64,000 bases of DNA from Candidatus Velthaea sp. (lineage in GTDB: Bacteria > Vulcanimicrobiota > Vulcanimicrobiia > Vulcanimicrobiales > Vulcanimicrobiaceae), in contig CBDCCS010000014.1 in the NCBI GenBank assembly GCA_965214935.1, forward strand, positions 1 through 64,000, read 5' to 3'. Both the position numbers and the translations under genes were made by a program. Shown here in pieces: positions 9,923-19,820 of this stretch (position 1 is its first letter; the number at the start of each line of letters is the position of its first letter). Under the pieces are notes generated by a model. It made no database searches, was not told the DNA's origin, and worked only from the letters and a program-made list of their open reading frames with translations.

Positions 9923-11374
9923 GTGGCTACAATCAGCGTCGATGCGATCGTTATCGGAGCCGGGCCGGGCGGCTACCACGCCGCGATCCGGCTTGGACAG
10001 CTGGGCAAAAACGTCGTGTGCTTCGATCGCGATGAAGTCGGCGGCGTCTGTTTGAATTGGGGCTGCATACCGACCAAAGCCTTGTTGCATGTCGGCGAGG
10101 TGACGCGGCAAATAGCGCACGCTGCCGAGATCGGAATTACCGTGCCGCCGGCGCAGATCGATCGCGAAGGCGTGGCCAAATTCAAAGCGTCGGTCGTGAA
10201 AGCGAACGTCGGCGGCGTTCAGTCGCTCTTCAAAGCCAATAAAGTTACGTTTGCCTATGGTGAAGCGACGTTTGTCGATGCGAACACCGTCAGCTTGAAA
10301 AAGCGCGATGGAACGACCGACGCGTATTCGGCGCCGGCGGTCGTTATCGCGACCGGTTCGGCGCCCGTGGACGTCAAGGTATGGCCGCGTGACGGTGACA
10401 CGATCATCAACTCTGACGATGCAGTCGGATTGATTCGGATTCCGGAGAACCTGCTGATTGTCGGCGGGGGCGTCATCGGGCTCGAGTTTGCGACCGTGTA
10501 TACGCGAATGGGTGCCAAAACGCTCGTCGTCGAGGCGATGCCGAATTTGCTGACCGGTACCGATCTCGAAATAGCCAAGACGCTCGGCCGGATACTCAAG
10601 AAACAAGGCGTCGAGATTGCGTTGAACACAAAGGTCGAAACGATCGAGAAAGTCGCCGACCGGCACGTCAAAGCGACCATCAACGGAGAATACACCAACA
10701 ATAAGCCGGAAACGCGCGATTTTGATATGGTACTTGTTGCCGTGGGGCGGCGCCCGGTGACCGACAGCCTCAACCTTGCCGCCGCCGGGTTGAAGACCGA
10801 TGACAAGGGCTTCATCGCCGTCGATCAGCAGATGCGCACGATCGCGGGTGGTGTTTATGCGATCGGCGATGTGACGGGTCAGCCGCTACTCGCGCATCGC
10901 GCGATGAAGCAGGGCGTCGTCGCGGCCGAGGTCATCGCCGGCGACAAAGCTTCGGCGTTCGATCCGGTCGCGATCCCGAACTGTGTTTATACCGATCCCG
11001 AGGTCGCAACCGTCGGCTTATCCGAAGAAGAGGCCAAAGCCAAAGGCTACGAGATTACCGTCGGCAAGTTTCCGCTCATTGCATCGGGCCGGGCGCGAAC
11101 GATGAACGAGACCGACGGTCTCATCAAGCTCATCGGCGATGCGAAAACCGATCTTCTGCTCGGCATGCATATCGTTGCACCGCAAGCCGAATCGCTGATC
11201 GGCGAGGGCGTCATCGCACTTGAAATGGGCGCGACGATCGAAGATATCGGGTTGTCGATTCACCCGCACCCGACGCTCACCGAATCGATCATGGACGCAG
11301 CCGAGCTCATTCACGGCAAAGCGATTCACGTGTTGAATCCGAAGCCGAAATCCAAAACCCCGGCTGCCGTATAA
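9923..11374 (+). CDS. lpdA: Dihydrolipoyl dehydrogenase
   Basis: GAGPGGY, redox disulfide GGVCLNWGCIPTK, GGGVIGLE, HPHPTLTE. GTG start after GGGAG. Confidence 0.95.
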   Translation: MATISVDAIVIGAGPGGYHAAIRLGQLGKNVVCFDRDEVGGVCLNWGCIPTKALLHVGEVTRQIAHAAEIGITVPPAQIDREGVAKFKASVVKANVGGVQSLFKANKVTFAYGEATFVDANTVSLKKRDGTTDAYSAPAVVIATGSAPVDVKVWPRDGDTIINSDDAVGLIRIPENLLIVGGGVIGLEFATVYTRMGAKTLVVEAMPNLLTGTDLEIAKTLGRILKKQGVEIALNTKVETIEKVADRHVKATINGEYTNNKPETRDFDMVLVAVGRRPVTDSLNLAAAGLKTDDKGFIAVDQQMRTIAGGVYAIGDVTGQPLLAHRAMKQGVVAAEVIAGDKASAFDPVAIPNCVYTDPEVATVGLSEEEAKAKGYEITVGKFPLIASGRARTMNETDGLIKLIGDAKTDLLLGMHIVAPQAESLIGEGVIALEMGATIEDIGLSIHPHPTLTESIMDAAELIHGKAIHVLNPKPKSKTPAAV

Positions 11375-11379
11375 GCGGC

Positions 11380-12057
11380 ATGCGCGACGTAGCACTTCTC
11401 GACCTTGGACGCCGGCCGTACGGCGAGGTTTGGAAGCTCCAGCGGTCGCTGCATTGCGCCGTCGCGGAAGGTCGCGCGCCGGATACCTGGATCGTTGTCG
11501 AGCACGAGCCCGTCGTGACGCTGGGCCGAAATGCGCGCGAGGCAAATCTCGTGAGCGACCGGGCTACTTTGGCAGCTCGCGGCATCGACGTTTTCGTCGT
11601 TGAACGCGGCGGCGATGTTACCTATCACGGGCCGGGTCAGCTCGTGCTGTACCCGATTGTGAAACTCGAGCGTTTCCGCGAGATCGTGCCGCTCGTCGGC
11701 AAACTTGAAACCGCGGTGACGGCTGCGCTCGCAACCGCCGGGATCGCTGCGCACGGCCGCCGCGAACATCGCGGAATTTACGTCGGCTCGCGGGCAATAT
11801 GCGCGGTCGGACTTGCCGTGCAACGGATGACCTCGCTTCACGGTGTCGCGCTCAATGCTTGTACGCCGCTCGACTACGACCGCTTCATCACGCCGTGCGG
11901 CACACCGCAGTTCGGCATCACCTCGATGTCACGCGAGCTGCGCCGGCCGGTGAGTTGGGGCGAAGCGCGCGATCTACTTCTGCCGGCGCTCGAAGCGGCA
12001 TTCGACCTGCGCTTTGGAATGACGAACGCAACGGCCGGCCACGCGCGCGCGTCCTAA
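11380..12057 (+). CDS. lipB: Lipoyl(octanoyl) transferase
   Basis: EHEPVVTLGR, RGGDVTYHGPGQLVLYPI, HGVALN, ITPCG. Confidence 0.95.
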   Translation: MRDVALLDLGRRPYGEVWKLQRSLHCAVAEGRAPDTWIVVEHEPVVTLGRNAREANLVSDRATLAARGIDVFVVERGGDVTYHGPGQLVLYPIVKLERFREIVPLVGKLETAVTAALATAGIAAHGRREHRGIYVGSRAICAVGLAVQRMTSLHGVALNACTPLDYDRFITPCGTPQFGITSMSRELRRPVSWGEARDLLLPALEAAFDLRFGMTNATAGHARAS

Positions 12058-12067
12058 CCGGAGTCTG

Positions 12068-12952
12068 ATGGAAACAATCGATTTGATCACTCCCGTCCCG
12101 GTGCTGCGCAAACCGCCGTGGCTCAAAGTTGCGTTGCCCAGCGGCGAGACGTACGAGCGCGTTCGGGCCGAAGTCAAGCGGCTCGAGCTCAACACCGTTT
12201 GCCAGGAAGCGATGTGCCCGAACATCGGCGAGTGCTGGGGAGCGGGAACCGCGACGATCATGATCCTCGGCGACACCTGCACCCGCGGCTGCCGCTTTTG
12301 CAATGTTAAAACCGGTTCGCCTAAAGGTGAGGTCGATTGGCTCGAACCCAAGCGCGTCGCGGTTGCGGTGGCTGAAATGGGCTGGCGTTATCTGGTCCTC
12401 ACCGCGGTCGATCGCGACGATCTTGCCGATGGCGGCGCGACAATTTTTGCCAACACCGTACGTATGATTCATGCTAAAGCACCGGGTGCAAAAGTCGAGT
12501 GCCTAACCGGTGACTTCGCCGGCGATTTTGCGGCGCTCGATATCGTGCTCGCCGCGCAACCCGAAGTGCTCGCGCACAATCTCGAGACCGTCGAGCGGCT
12601 CCAGGCCGAGGTGCGCGACCGGCGTGCGACGTACCGCCAGTCGCTCGCAATCCTCGGACGCGCGAATGCCAGCGGGAAGGTCCGTTTTACCAAGACGTCG
12701 CTCATGCTCGGCCTCGGTGAAACCGAATCGGAGGTCGAGCAGGCGATGGACGACGCGCGTGCCGCCGGCGTCGGTATTTTTACGATGGGCCAGTATTTGC
12801 AGCCTAGCAAACGTCACTTGCGCGTCGTTGAATTCGTGACGCCCGAAAAATTCGAGCGGCTGCGGGCGCTCGGTGAAAGCAAAGGCTTCCGCCAAGTCGT
12901 TGCAAGTCCGCTCTCGCGCAGTTCCTATCACGCCGAACAAGCTTTTGCCTGA
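12068..12952 (+). CDS. lipA: Lipoyl synthase
   Basis: CQEAMCPNIGEC plus CTRGCRFC; C-terminal RSSYHA. Confidence 0.97.
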   Translation: METIDLITPVPVLRKPPWLKVALPSGETYERVRAEVKRLELNTVCQEAMCPNIGECWGAGTATIMILGDTCTRGCRFCNVKTGSPKGEVDWLEPKRVAVAVAEMGWRYLVLTAVDRDDLADGGATIFANTVRMIHAKAPGAKVECLTGDFAGDFAALDIVLAAQPEVLAHNLETVERLQAEVRDRRATYRQSLAILGRANASGKVRFTKTSLMLGLGETESEVEQAMDDARAAGVGIFTMGQYLQPSKRHLRVVEFVTPEKFERLRALGESKGFRQVVASPLSRSSYHAEQAFA

Positions 12953-13013
12953 CGGGGCGGCCGATGGCGCACCCCACGTAACGGCCGAACGGGTCCAGGA
13001 ACGCACGACAACA

Positions 13014-14444
13014 ATGACGCCAAAACAGCCGCCGATCGACGGCATGCCCGAATCGCGCCGTTTGTTGGCCGTCATCGTCGTCGCCGTCGGAACGGTGATG
13101 GCGGTACTCGACGGCTCGATAGCCAACACGGCGCTGCCGACGATCGCGCGTGAGTTGCATGTTAGCGCCGCGGAATCGATCTGGGTCGTTAACGGCTTTC
13201 AGTTGGCCGTAACGATGACGATTTTAACGTATGCCAGCATCGGCGATTCGCGCGGTGTGAGCTTCGTTTACCGGTTGGGGATCGTAGCATTCACCGCCGG
13301 CTCGTTATTTTGTGCCATTTCACGAACCTTACCGTTGCTGGTGGCAGCGCGCATATTCCAAGGCGTCGGCGCCGCCGCGCTCATGGCGGTCGGACCGGCA
13401 CTCTATCGTCAGATTTTTCCGCCGACCCAACTCGGGAAGGCACTGGGGATCAGTGCCGTTATCGTGGCGACGAGCGCCGCTGCCGGACCGACCATCGGCG
13501 GCTCGCTGCTCGCCATCGCTCCGTGGCCATGGCTCTTCGCCATCAACGTGCCGCTCGGACTTTTCGACGCCTTGTACTCCACGAAGGTGCTGCCGAATAT
13601 ACCGGGCACCGGCGCAGCACTCGATGTGCGCAGCGTCGGATTGAGCGCGCTGGGCTTCGGAGCGCTCATTTATGGCGTCGACGGGTTCGCTCGACACGAT
13701 CGGCCGCTAGCGATCGCCGCTGAACTGACGCTCGGCATCATTTGCGGAATGCTCTTCGTGCGGCGCCAATTGCGCTTGACCGTCCCGATGCTGGCCATCG
13801 ATCTGTTTGCCAATCCGGCCTTCTCGCTCGCGAGCGTCACCTCGGCGCTGACCTACACGGCACAAGGGCTCGCATTCGTGTCGTTGCCGTTCTTTTTTCA
13901 AGCCGCCTTAGGCCGCACGCCCCTGCAATCCGGGCTGCTTCTGACGTCTTGGCCGCTGTGCGTCGCGATCGCGGCGCCGCTGGCCGGACGGCTCTCGGAT
14001 CGCTACCCGGCCGGCATTCTATCTACGATCGGCCTAGCAATCATGGCCACCGGACTGGCGCTCTATGCGATGCTCGGCGGCCACCCCAGCACCATCGACA
14101 TCGTCTTGCACGGCATGATTTGCGGCATCGGCTTCGGCTTTTTCCAATCGCCGAACAATCGAGAACTCGTCGGTAGCGCGCCGCGTAGCAAGATCGGCAG
14201 CGCCGCGGGCGTGCTTGCTTCGGTTCGGCTAACGGGTCAGACACTCGGTGCAGCGCTTGTCGCAATCGTTTTCGGTTTGCTCGGCACGGGCGTTGCATCG
14301 GGCAGCGAACACGTGGAAGCCGTCGTCCGCATTGCCACGCCGCTAACCCTTTGGCTGGCCTTCGGATGCGCGGCGCTGGGGACGATTGCAAGCGGGATGC
14401 GGTTGGTCGCGGCTCGGCCCGCGCCGGCGGCCGACTCGGCTTAG
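13014..14444 (+). CDS. DHA2-family MFS transporter
   Basis: VLDGSIANTALPTIA, about 14 hydrophobic segments, GFFQSPNN. Confidence 0.9.
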   Translation: MTPKQPPIDGMPESRRLLAVIVVAVGTVMAVLDGSIANTALPTIARELHVSAAESIWVVNGFQLAVTMTILTYASIGDSRGVSFVYRLGIVAFTAGSLFCAISRTLPLLVAARIFQGVGAAALMAVGPALYRQIFPPTQLGKALGISAVIVATSAAAGPTIGGSLLAIAPWPWLFAINVPLGLFDALYSTKVLPNIPGTGAALDVRSVGLSALGFGALIYGVDGFARHDRPLAIAAELTLGIICGMLFVRRQLRLTVPMLAIDLFANPAFSLASVTSALTYTAQGLAFVSLPFFFQAALGRTPLQSGLLLTSWPLCVAIAAPLAGRLSDRYPAGILSTIGLAIMATGLALYAMLGGHPSTIDIVLHGMICGIGFGFFQSPNNRELVGSAPRSKIGSAAGVLASVRLTGQTLGAALVAIVFGLLGTGVASGSEHVEAVVRIATPLTLWLAFGCAALGTIASGMRLVAARPAPAADSA

Positions 14445-14512
14445 CGCGTCAGGCCACTGTGGGCGCACCGGATCCGCGGTGATCGGCTGCACGGCCGGGT
14501 ATGGGCTCAGCT

Positions 14513-14890
14513 ATGAACATGACGGTTGCCGAACTCATCGCACTCGGGCCGAACGGGGCCACGATCGTGAACGTCGGAAAGCACGCCGGCTCGCGCGAGA
14601 TCCATGGCGCGGTCCGCTACCGCCCGGACGACCTGCTTACGGCGGACCATCTGCTGCTGCCGCTGCCGACCAATCTACCGATCGTGCTGTATGACGAACG
14701 TGGTTCGGATAAGCACATCGCCGACATTGCCGGAAAGCTGCAAGCCAACGGTTTCACTGACGTTTTCATTCTCGACGGCGGCTTCGCGGCATACGACGCT
14801 ACCGGCGAGCCGACCCAGGAAGGCTCGACCGAACAAGTTGTGCCGCCGACGAAGCCGCAGGAAGTGCAGGCGCTGGACCGCCGTGTTTAA
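14513..14890 (+). CDS. Rhodanese-like domain protein (no catalytic Cys)
   Basis: IHGAV, PIVLYDERG, GFTDVFILDGGFAAY. Confidence 0.75.
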   Translation: MNMTVAELIALGPNGATIVNVGKHAGSREIHGAVRYRPDDLLTADHLLLPLPTNLPIVLYDERGSDKHIADIAGKLQANGFTDVFILDGGFAAYDATGEPTQEGSTEQVVPPTKPQEVQALDRRV

Positions 14891-14893
14891 TCG

Positions 14894-16153
14894 CTAGGCG
14901 TAGACGCCGCGAATTTTCATCGACTTCACGACGCGCTCGATCGCAACCATGTACGCGGCGGTCCGCAACGTAATGTTACGCGCTCGGGCTAGCTCGCGCA
15001 CGACGTTGAAGTTGGTAATCAGCATGTCTTTGAGGCGCTCGTTGACCTCGGCTTCTTTCCAAAAATAGCCCTGACGATCTTGGACCCATTCGAAATACGA
15101 GACCGTTACACCACCGGCGTTTGCGATGATGTCCGGAATGACCACGACGCCGTTTGCCTGAAAGATCCGGTCGGCTTCCGGCGTCGTCGGGCCGTTCGCG
15201 CCCTCGACAATGAGGCGAGCTGCAATGCGCGGTGCGTTTTCCGACGTGAGAACTTTTTCGAGCGCCGCGGGCACCAGAACGTCGCAGTCCTGCTCGAGTA
15301 ACAGCGCGTTGGCAATCTTGTCGCCGCCGCGAAAGCCGTCAAGTGCGTTATGCTCTTGGGCGAATGCCGTCGCCGCGCCGATGTCGATCCCGGCGGCATT
15401 ATAATATGCTCCGCTGACGTCTGAGATGCCGACGATCTTACAACCGGCATCGGCGAACATGCGCGCCGCAATCGATCCGACGTTGCCGAAACCTTGCACG
15501 ATCACGCGCGTGCCGGCGGGATGCATGCCCAGCCGGTCCATCTCATCGAGGGCAACGAGCGAAACGCCGCGTCCCGTCGCTTCGACTCGTCCGCGAGATC
15601 CGCCGATCTCGATCGGCTTGCCGGTTACGACACCCGGCGTATTTACACGCATGTGCATCGAATACGTATCCATGAACCACGCCATGGTTTGCGGCGTCGT
15701 GCCGACATCGGGCGCCGGCACGTCTTTGTCCGGTCCCACGACCTCCACGAGCTCCGCGGCGTAGCGTCGCGTGATGCGCTCGAGTTCGCCTTGCGAAAGG
15801 GTCGACGGATCGCAGGTGACGCCGCCCTTCGCGCCGCCGAAGGGCAGATCGATGGCGGCACATTTCCAGGTCATCCAAAAGGCTAGAGCGGTGACCTCGT
15901 CGAGCGTGACGCCGGGGTGGAAGCGGATCCCGCCTTTGGCCGGTCCACGGGCAAAATTGTATTGAACGCGGTAGCCGGTGTAGACCTCGACTGCGCCCGA
16001 GTCACGCACGAATGGAATGGCAAAGATGATCTGACGCGACGGATGGGTGAGTATCGCACGCACGCCGGGATCGAGATTGAGCAGCGCCGCCGCTTCATCA
16101 AAATAAGCGATTGCATCGCCGAAGACCGAAACATCGCGTAAAACCGTCGTCAT
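14894..16153 (-). CDS. gdhA: Glu/Leu/Phe/Val dehydrogenase (glutamate dehydrogenase)
   Basis: GPAKGGIRFHP, MTWKCA, PFGGAKGG, VPAPDVGT, QGFGNVG, EGANGP, NAGGVTVSYFEW. Confidence 0.93.
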   Translation of the reverse strand: MTTVLRDVSVFGDAIAYFDEAAALLNLDPGVRAILTHPSRQIIFAIPFVRDSGAVEVYTGYRVQYNFARGPAKGGIRFHPGVTLDEVTALAFWMTWKCAAIDLPFGGAKGGVTCDPSTLSQGELERITRRYAAELVEVVGPDKDVPAPDVGTTPQTMAWFMDTYSMHMRVNTPGVVTGKPIEIGGSRGRVEATGRGVSLVALDEMDRLGMHPAGTRVIVQGFGNVGSIAARMFADAGCKIVGISDVSGAYYNAAGIDIGAATAFAQEHNALDGFRGGDKIANALLLEQDCDVLVPAALEKVLTSENAPRIAARLIVEGANGPTTPEADRIFQANGVVVIPDIIANAGGVTVSYFEWVQDRQGYFWKEAEVNERLKDMLITNFNVVRELARARNITLRTAAYMVAIERVVKSMKIRGVYA

Positions 16154-16337
16154 TGGTTACCCATCCCGATTGATCGGACAAAAACACAAGAATCTTACTT
16201 CGTAACGCGCCAATTGTCCAATTAGATACGATCGGTTATTGCAGTGTACGGCCGATGACACGCCTGAAACCAATGCGGCTCACGCGGCGAGGTCCGGCCG
16301 GCCGTCACGCCTTTCGAACCGGACGCGGCCGCCCAGA

Positions 16338-17432
16338 CTAGACGTTGAAGCGGAACTCGACGATGTCGCCCTCGTGCATCACGTAGTCCTTGCCCTCCGA
16401 GCGCAACAAACCGGCTGTCCGTAATGCATCGCGGGTCTGATACCGCACGAAATCATCGTAGGTGCAAATTTCCGCCCGAATGAAGCCGCGCTCGATGTCG
16501 GAATGGATCTTACCGGCCGCTTGCGGCGCTCTCGTATTTTTCTCGATCGTCCAGGCGCGCGTTTCTTTTTCGCCGGTCGTCAGAAATGTCATGAGACCGA
16601 GCAAGTCGTACGCTTGCACGATGAGTTGATCGAGGCCGCCCGTTGCAATGCCGTAGTCAGCCCGGAACTCGTCGGCTTCGGCGTCGGATAGGCCGGCAAA
16701 TTCCGACTCGATCTTACCCGAAAATGCGATTGCGCGGCTATTCTCGGCACGTGCGTGAGCAAAAACGCTCTGCGCCATCGGGCCGGGATTGCCGATCTGA
16801 TCTTCGTCCACATTCGCGACATAAAGCATTGGTTTTACGGTCAGAAGAAACGCCTCGCGCGCAAGTTGCGCTTCCAGAGAGTCCGGCGCAAACGACCGTG
16901 CGGGCTTGCCGTTTTCAAGCGCATCGGTTAAGCGGACGAGCGCATCGAGCTGCGGCGCGAGTTTCGGATTCGCTCGCGCTTCGCGTGCAAGTTTATCGCG
17001 GCGCTTCTGCAACGTAGCAAGGTCGGCCAACGACATTTCGATGTTGATGATTTCGATATCACGCAAGGGGTCGGGTCCGCCCTCAACGTGCGTGACGTTG
17101 TCGTCTGCGAAACACCGAACCACCATCGCAATGGCATCGGTTTCCCGGATGTGAGACAGAAATGCATTGCCGAGGCCTTGACCGCTTGAAGCGCCGCGCA
17201 CGAGCCCCGCAATGTCGACGAAACGCATCGTTGCATACACGAGTTTTTCGGTTTTACTGATTTGCGCCAACCGCGCGATGCGCGAGTCGGGTACCGGAAC
17301 TTCACCGATGTTCGGTTCGATCGTGGCAAACGGATAGTTTGCAGCGAGAGCCTGCGCCGAGCGCGTCAACGCATTAAAAATTGTCGACTTACCGACGTTG
17401 GGCAGACCGACGATACCGCACGATAACGCCAT
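16338..17432 (-). CDS. ychF: Redox-regulated ATPase YchF
   Basis: GLPNVGKST, ANYPFATIEPN, DIAGLV, C-terminal TGS domain (GKIHSDIERGFIRAE). Confidence 0.97.
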   Translation of the reverse strand: MALSCGIVGLPNVGKSTIFNALTRSAQALAANYPFATIEPNIGEVPVPDSRIARLAQISKTEKLVYATMRFVDIAGLVRGASSGQGLGNAFLSHIRETDAIAMVVRCFADDNVTHVEGGPDPLRDIEIINIEMSLADLATLQKRRDKLAREARANPKLAPQLDALVRLTDALENGKPARSFAPDSLEAQLAREAFLLTVKPMLYVANVDEDQIGNPGPMAQSVFAHARAENSRAIAFSGKIESEFAGLSDAEADEFRADYGIATGGLDQLIVQAYDLLGLMTFLTTGEKETRAWTIEKNTRAPQAAGKIHSDIERGFIRAEICTYDDFVRYQTRDALRTAGLLRSEGKDYVMHEGDIVEFRFNV

Positions 17433-17557
17433 CGCTCAGTCGCCCAGCGGCGGCGTCTGTTGCAGATAACGACACGAAAATACCGAGTGCGACGATAGCA
17501 TGCTGCGTGGTTATGCCGTGCTACAGGATTCGCCCTGGGGCCGTAGGATTAGCGAAT

Positions 17558-18031
17558 ATGCGGCAGATGAAGGTCGACAAACTCGGGATCGATTTGCTGA
17601 CGCACGACCCGGTCGTGATTCTCAAAGATCTCGAAGGCAAGCGCTACCTGCCGATCCTCATTGGGCCGTTCGAGGCGACGGCTATTGCTCTAGCGCTCGA
17701 AGGGACCGCCGTACCGCGCCCCCTATCGCACGACCTGATGCGAACGATCCTTGAATCGCTGTCGGGCAAGCTCGAACAAATCATCATCCACGACATCAAA
17801 GATTCGACATTCTTCGCCAAATTGATCGTTCGCCAGAACGGCGATACACGCGAAATCGATGCCCGGCCGTCGGATGGAATCGCACTCGCGCTACGCATGC
17901 AAGCACCGATCTTCGTCACCGATAAAATCGCGCTGGAAGAGACCGTTCCCGACAAAAAAGCCGAAGTCGAAGAAACGCAAAAGTTCCGTAAGTTTCTCGA
18001 AGAACTCAAGCCCAGCGACTTCACCGAGTAA
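17558..18031 (+). CDS. Bifunctional nuclease family protein (DUF151)
   Basis: LPILIGPFEA.AI, PRPLSHDL, IDARPSDGIALALR. Confidence 0.92.
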   Translation: MRQMKVDKLGIDLLTHDPVVILKDLEGKRYLPILIGPFEATAIALALEGTAVPRPLSHDLMRTILESLSGKLEQIIIHDIKDSTFFAKLIVRQNGDTREIDARPSDGIALALRMQAPIFVTDKIALEETVPDKKAEVEETQKFRKFLEELKPSDFTE

Positions 18032-18142
18032 GACACGGGGCGGACGCGTCCTTCGGGCAGTCGGGCAAGAGAGTACAGACCCCGGCCAGAACGGCCAGTG
18101 TTGCCTCGGCGTTTGTGACCGGGCGATTGGGAGTAGGCACAC

Positions 18143-18943
18143 GTGGCGAGTGAACGCGCGGAGATCGGCGTTTTCGGTGGATCCGGCTTTTACAGTTTGA
18201 TCGAGAATCCGCGCGAAGTTTGGATCGAGACGCCCTACGGTATGCCGTCGGACAAAGTCGCACTCGGCGAGATCGCCGGCAAAAGCGTCGCATTCTTACC
18301 GCGTCACGGTAAAGATCACCGGTACCCACCGCAATCGATCAATTATCGCGCGAATGCATGGGCCATGAAGGAACTTGGCGTTACCCGCATCATCGGCCCG
18401 ACGGCATGTGGTTCGCTCAAAGCGGACGTGAAACCGGGCGACATGGTCGTTGCCGATCAAATTGTCGACCGCACGACGGGGCGCAAAGATACCTTCTACG
18501 ACGGACCGATTACGACGCACGTGAGTTTTGCCGATCCCTATTGCGCGCAACTGCGACCGATCGCTATCGCTCAACTGCGCAGTCTGAACATTACAACGCA
18601 TGAAGCCGGCACGATTGTCGTGATCCAAGGGCCGCGCTTCTCTACTCGCGCCGAATCAAAATGGTTTAGTTCGCTCGGCTGGGAGGTCATCAATATGACG
18701 AACTACCCGGAGTCGTATTTAGCGCGCGAACTTGAAATATGCTACGTCAATATTTCGCTCATTACCGATTATGACGTCGGCCTGGAAGGTCGGCACGGTG
18801 TCGAGCCGGTCTCGCATGCTGCGGTCATGCAAATATTCGCAAGTAATAACGAGCGCGTAAAAAACGCGATCTTCAAAATAATTGAAAACGTTCCGGCCGA
18901 ACGCACCTGTACGTGCGGTTCGGCACTCGCCGGCGCGCGTTAG
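18143..18943 (+). CDS. mtnP: S-methyl-5'-thioadenosine phosphorylase
   Basis: IGVFGGSG, FLPRHG, INYRAN, QGPRFSTRAES, INMT, ITDYD. Confidence 0.93.
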   Translation: MASERAEIGVFGGSGFYSLIENPREVWIETPYGMPSDKVALGEIAGKSVAFLPRHGKDHRYPPQSINYRANAWAMKELGVTRIIGPTACGSLKADVKPGDMVVADQIVDRTTGRKDTFYDGPITTHVSFADPYCAQLRPIAIAQLRSLNITTHEAGTIVVIQGPRFSTRAESKWFSSLGWEVINMTNYPESYLARELEICYVNISLITDYDVGLEGRHGVEPVSHAAVMQIFASNNERVKNAIFKIIENVPAERTCTCGSALAGAR

Positions 18944-18952
18944 GCCGCGCAC

Positions 18953-19681
18953 GTGCAGCAACTGCGCGGCCTCGATTTACTGATGTATTTGCGCGCCTTC
19001 GGCGTCTTGGCGCGCAATCCGTCGATCTTGGTTGTGCCGTTGCTGATGGGCATCATCGGGGTGTTCATCGGTCAGGTCGGCGGCGGAACGACGGGCGGCG
19101 GTATCCTCGGATCGCTAACCGGCGGAATCATGTCGCTGCTGGTTCTCATCCTGCAACTTTTTGCATTCGGCACGGCCTGCATCATTGCCGATGCGGCTTG
19201 GCGCCAAGGCCGGGCCTCGTTTGATGCCGGCTGGGATGAGGCGCGACGCAAAGGCGGCGAGATCTTTACCGCGTCGTTGGGCTTCACGTTCGTCCTATAC
19301 GCTGCAAGTTTTGCCGGCTCGCTTATTGGGCCACTCGCGCCGATCTTGCTGGCTGCTGCCGTCTATTTTCTGATCTACACGGTGCCTGCCGCCGCAATCG
19401 GCGGTATCCCGGGCGGCGCGGCTTTGCAAATTTCGATCGAGCGCGCGCGCTACAATCCACTCCCGACAATCATCGTTACGATCGTGTCGATCGTCGCATT
19501 CCTCTACCTCAACGTGTTGCTTGCACCGCTATTCGGACTGCTGTTCACGTCGCTGTCGTTTGCATCGCTTGCGCTCGTGAGCGCGCTGTTCGGCGCCGTC
19601 GTTCAATCACTCGCCGTTGCCTACATCGCCTTGGTGGTTACCAAGACGTACGCCGATGTGAGCTTCGGCCGCCGGCTGTAG
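18953..19681 (+). CDS. Hypothetical integral membrane protein
   Basis: About 6 hydrophobic segments; follows mtnP by 9 bp. Confidence 0.75.
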   Translation: MQQLRGLDLLMYLRAFGVLARNPSILVVPLLMGIIGVFIGQVGGGTTGGGILGSLTGGIMSLLVLILQLFAFGTACIIADAAWRQGRASFDAGWDEARRKGGEIFTASLGFTFVLYAASFAGSLIGPLAPILLAAAVYFLIYTVPAAAIGGIPGGAALQISIERARYNPLPTIIVTIVSIVAFLYLNVLLAPLFGLLFTSLSFASLALVSALFGAVVQSLAVAYIALVVTKTYADVSFGRRL

Positions 19682-19820
19682 CAGCGCTCGAACCGGCTCC
19701 GCCGGCGGCAAGCCGGACACATCGATCGCCGCTAAGCCGTAGTTGGTACGAGGTAGCTGCCGTGATCGTGTAGCAGTGTGCACGACCGTAGCCGCGCTGC
19801 TGCACTATGGCGGGAGTGCA

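Noticed and set aside
18032..18142. SAM/SAH riboswitch upstream of mtnP
   Set aside because: Some pairing (GGCAA...TTGCC, GGCC...GGCC), but I cannot find the conserved cores of the SAM-I, SAM-II or SAH classes.
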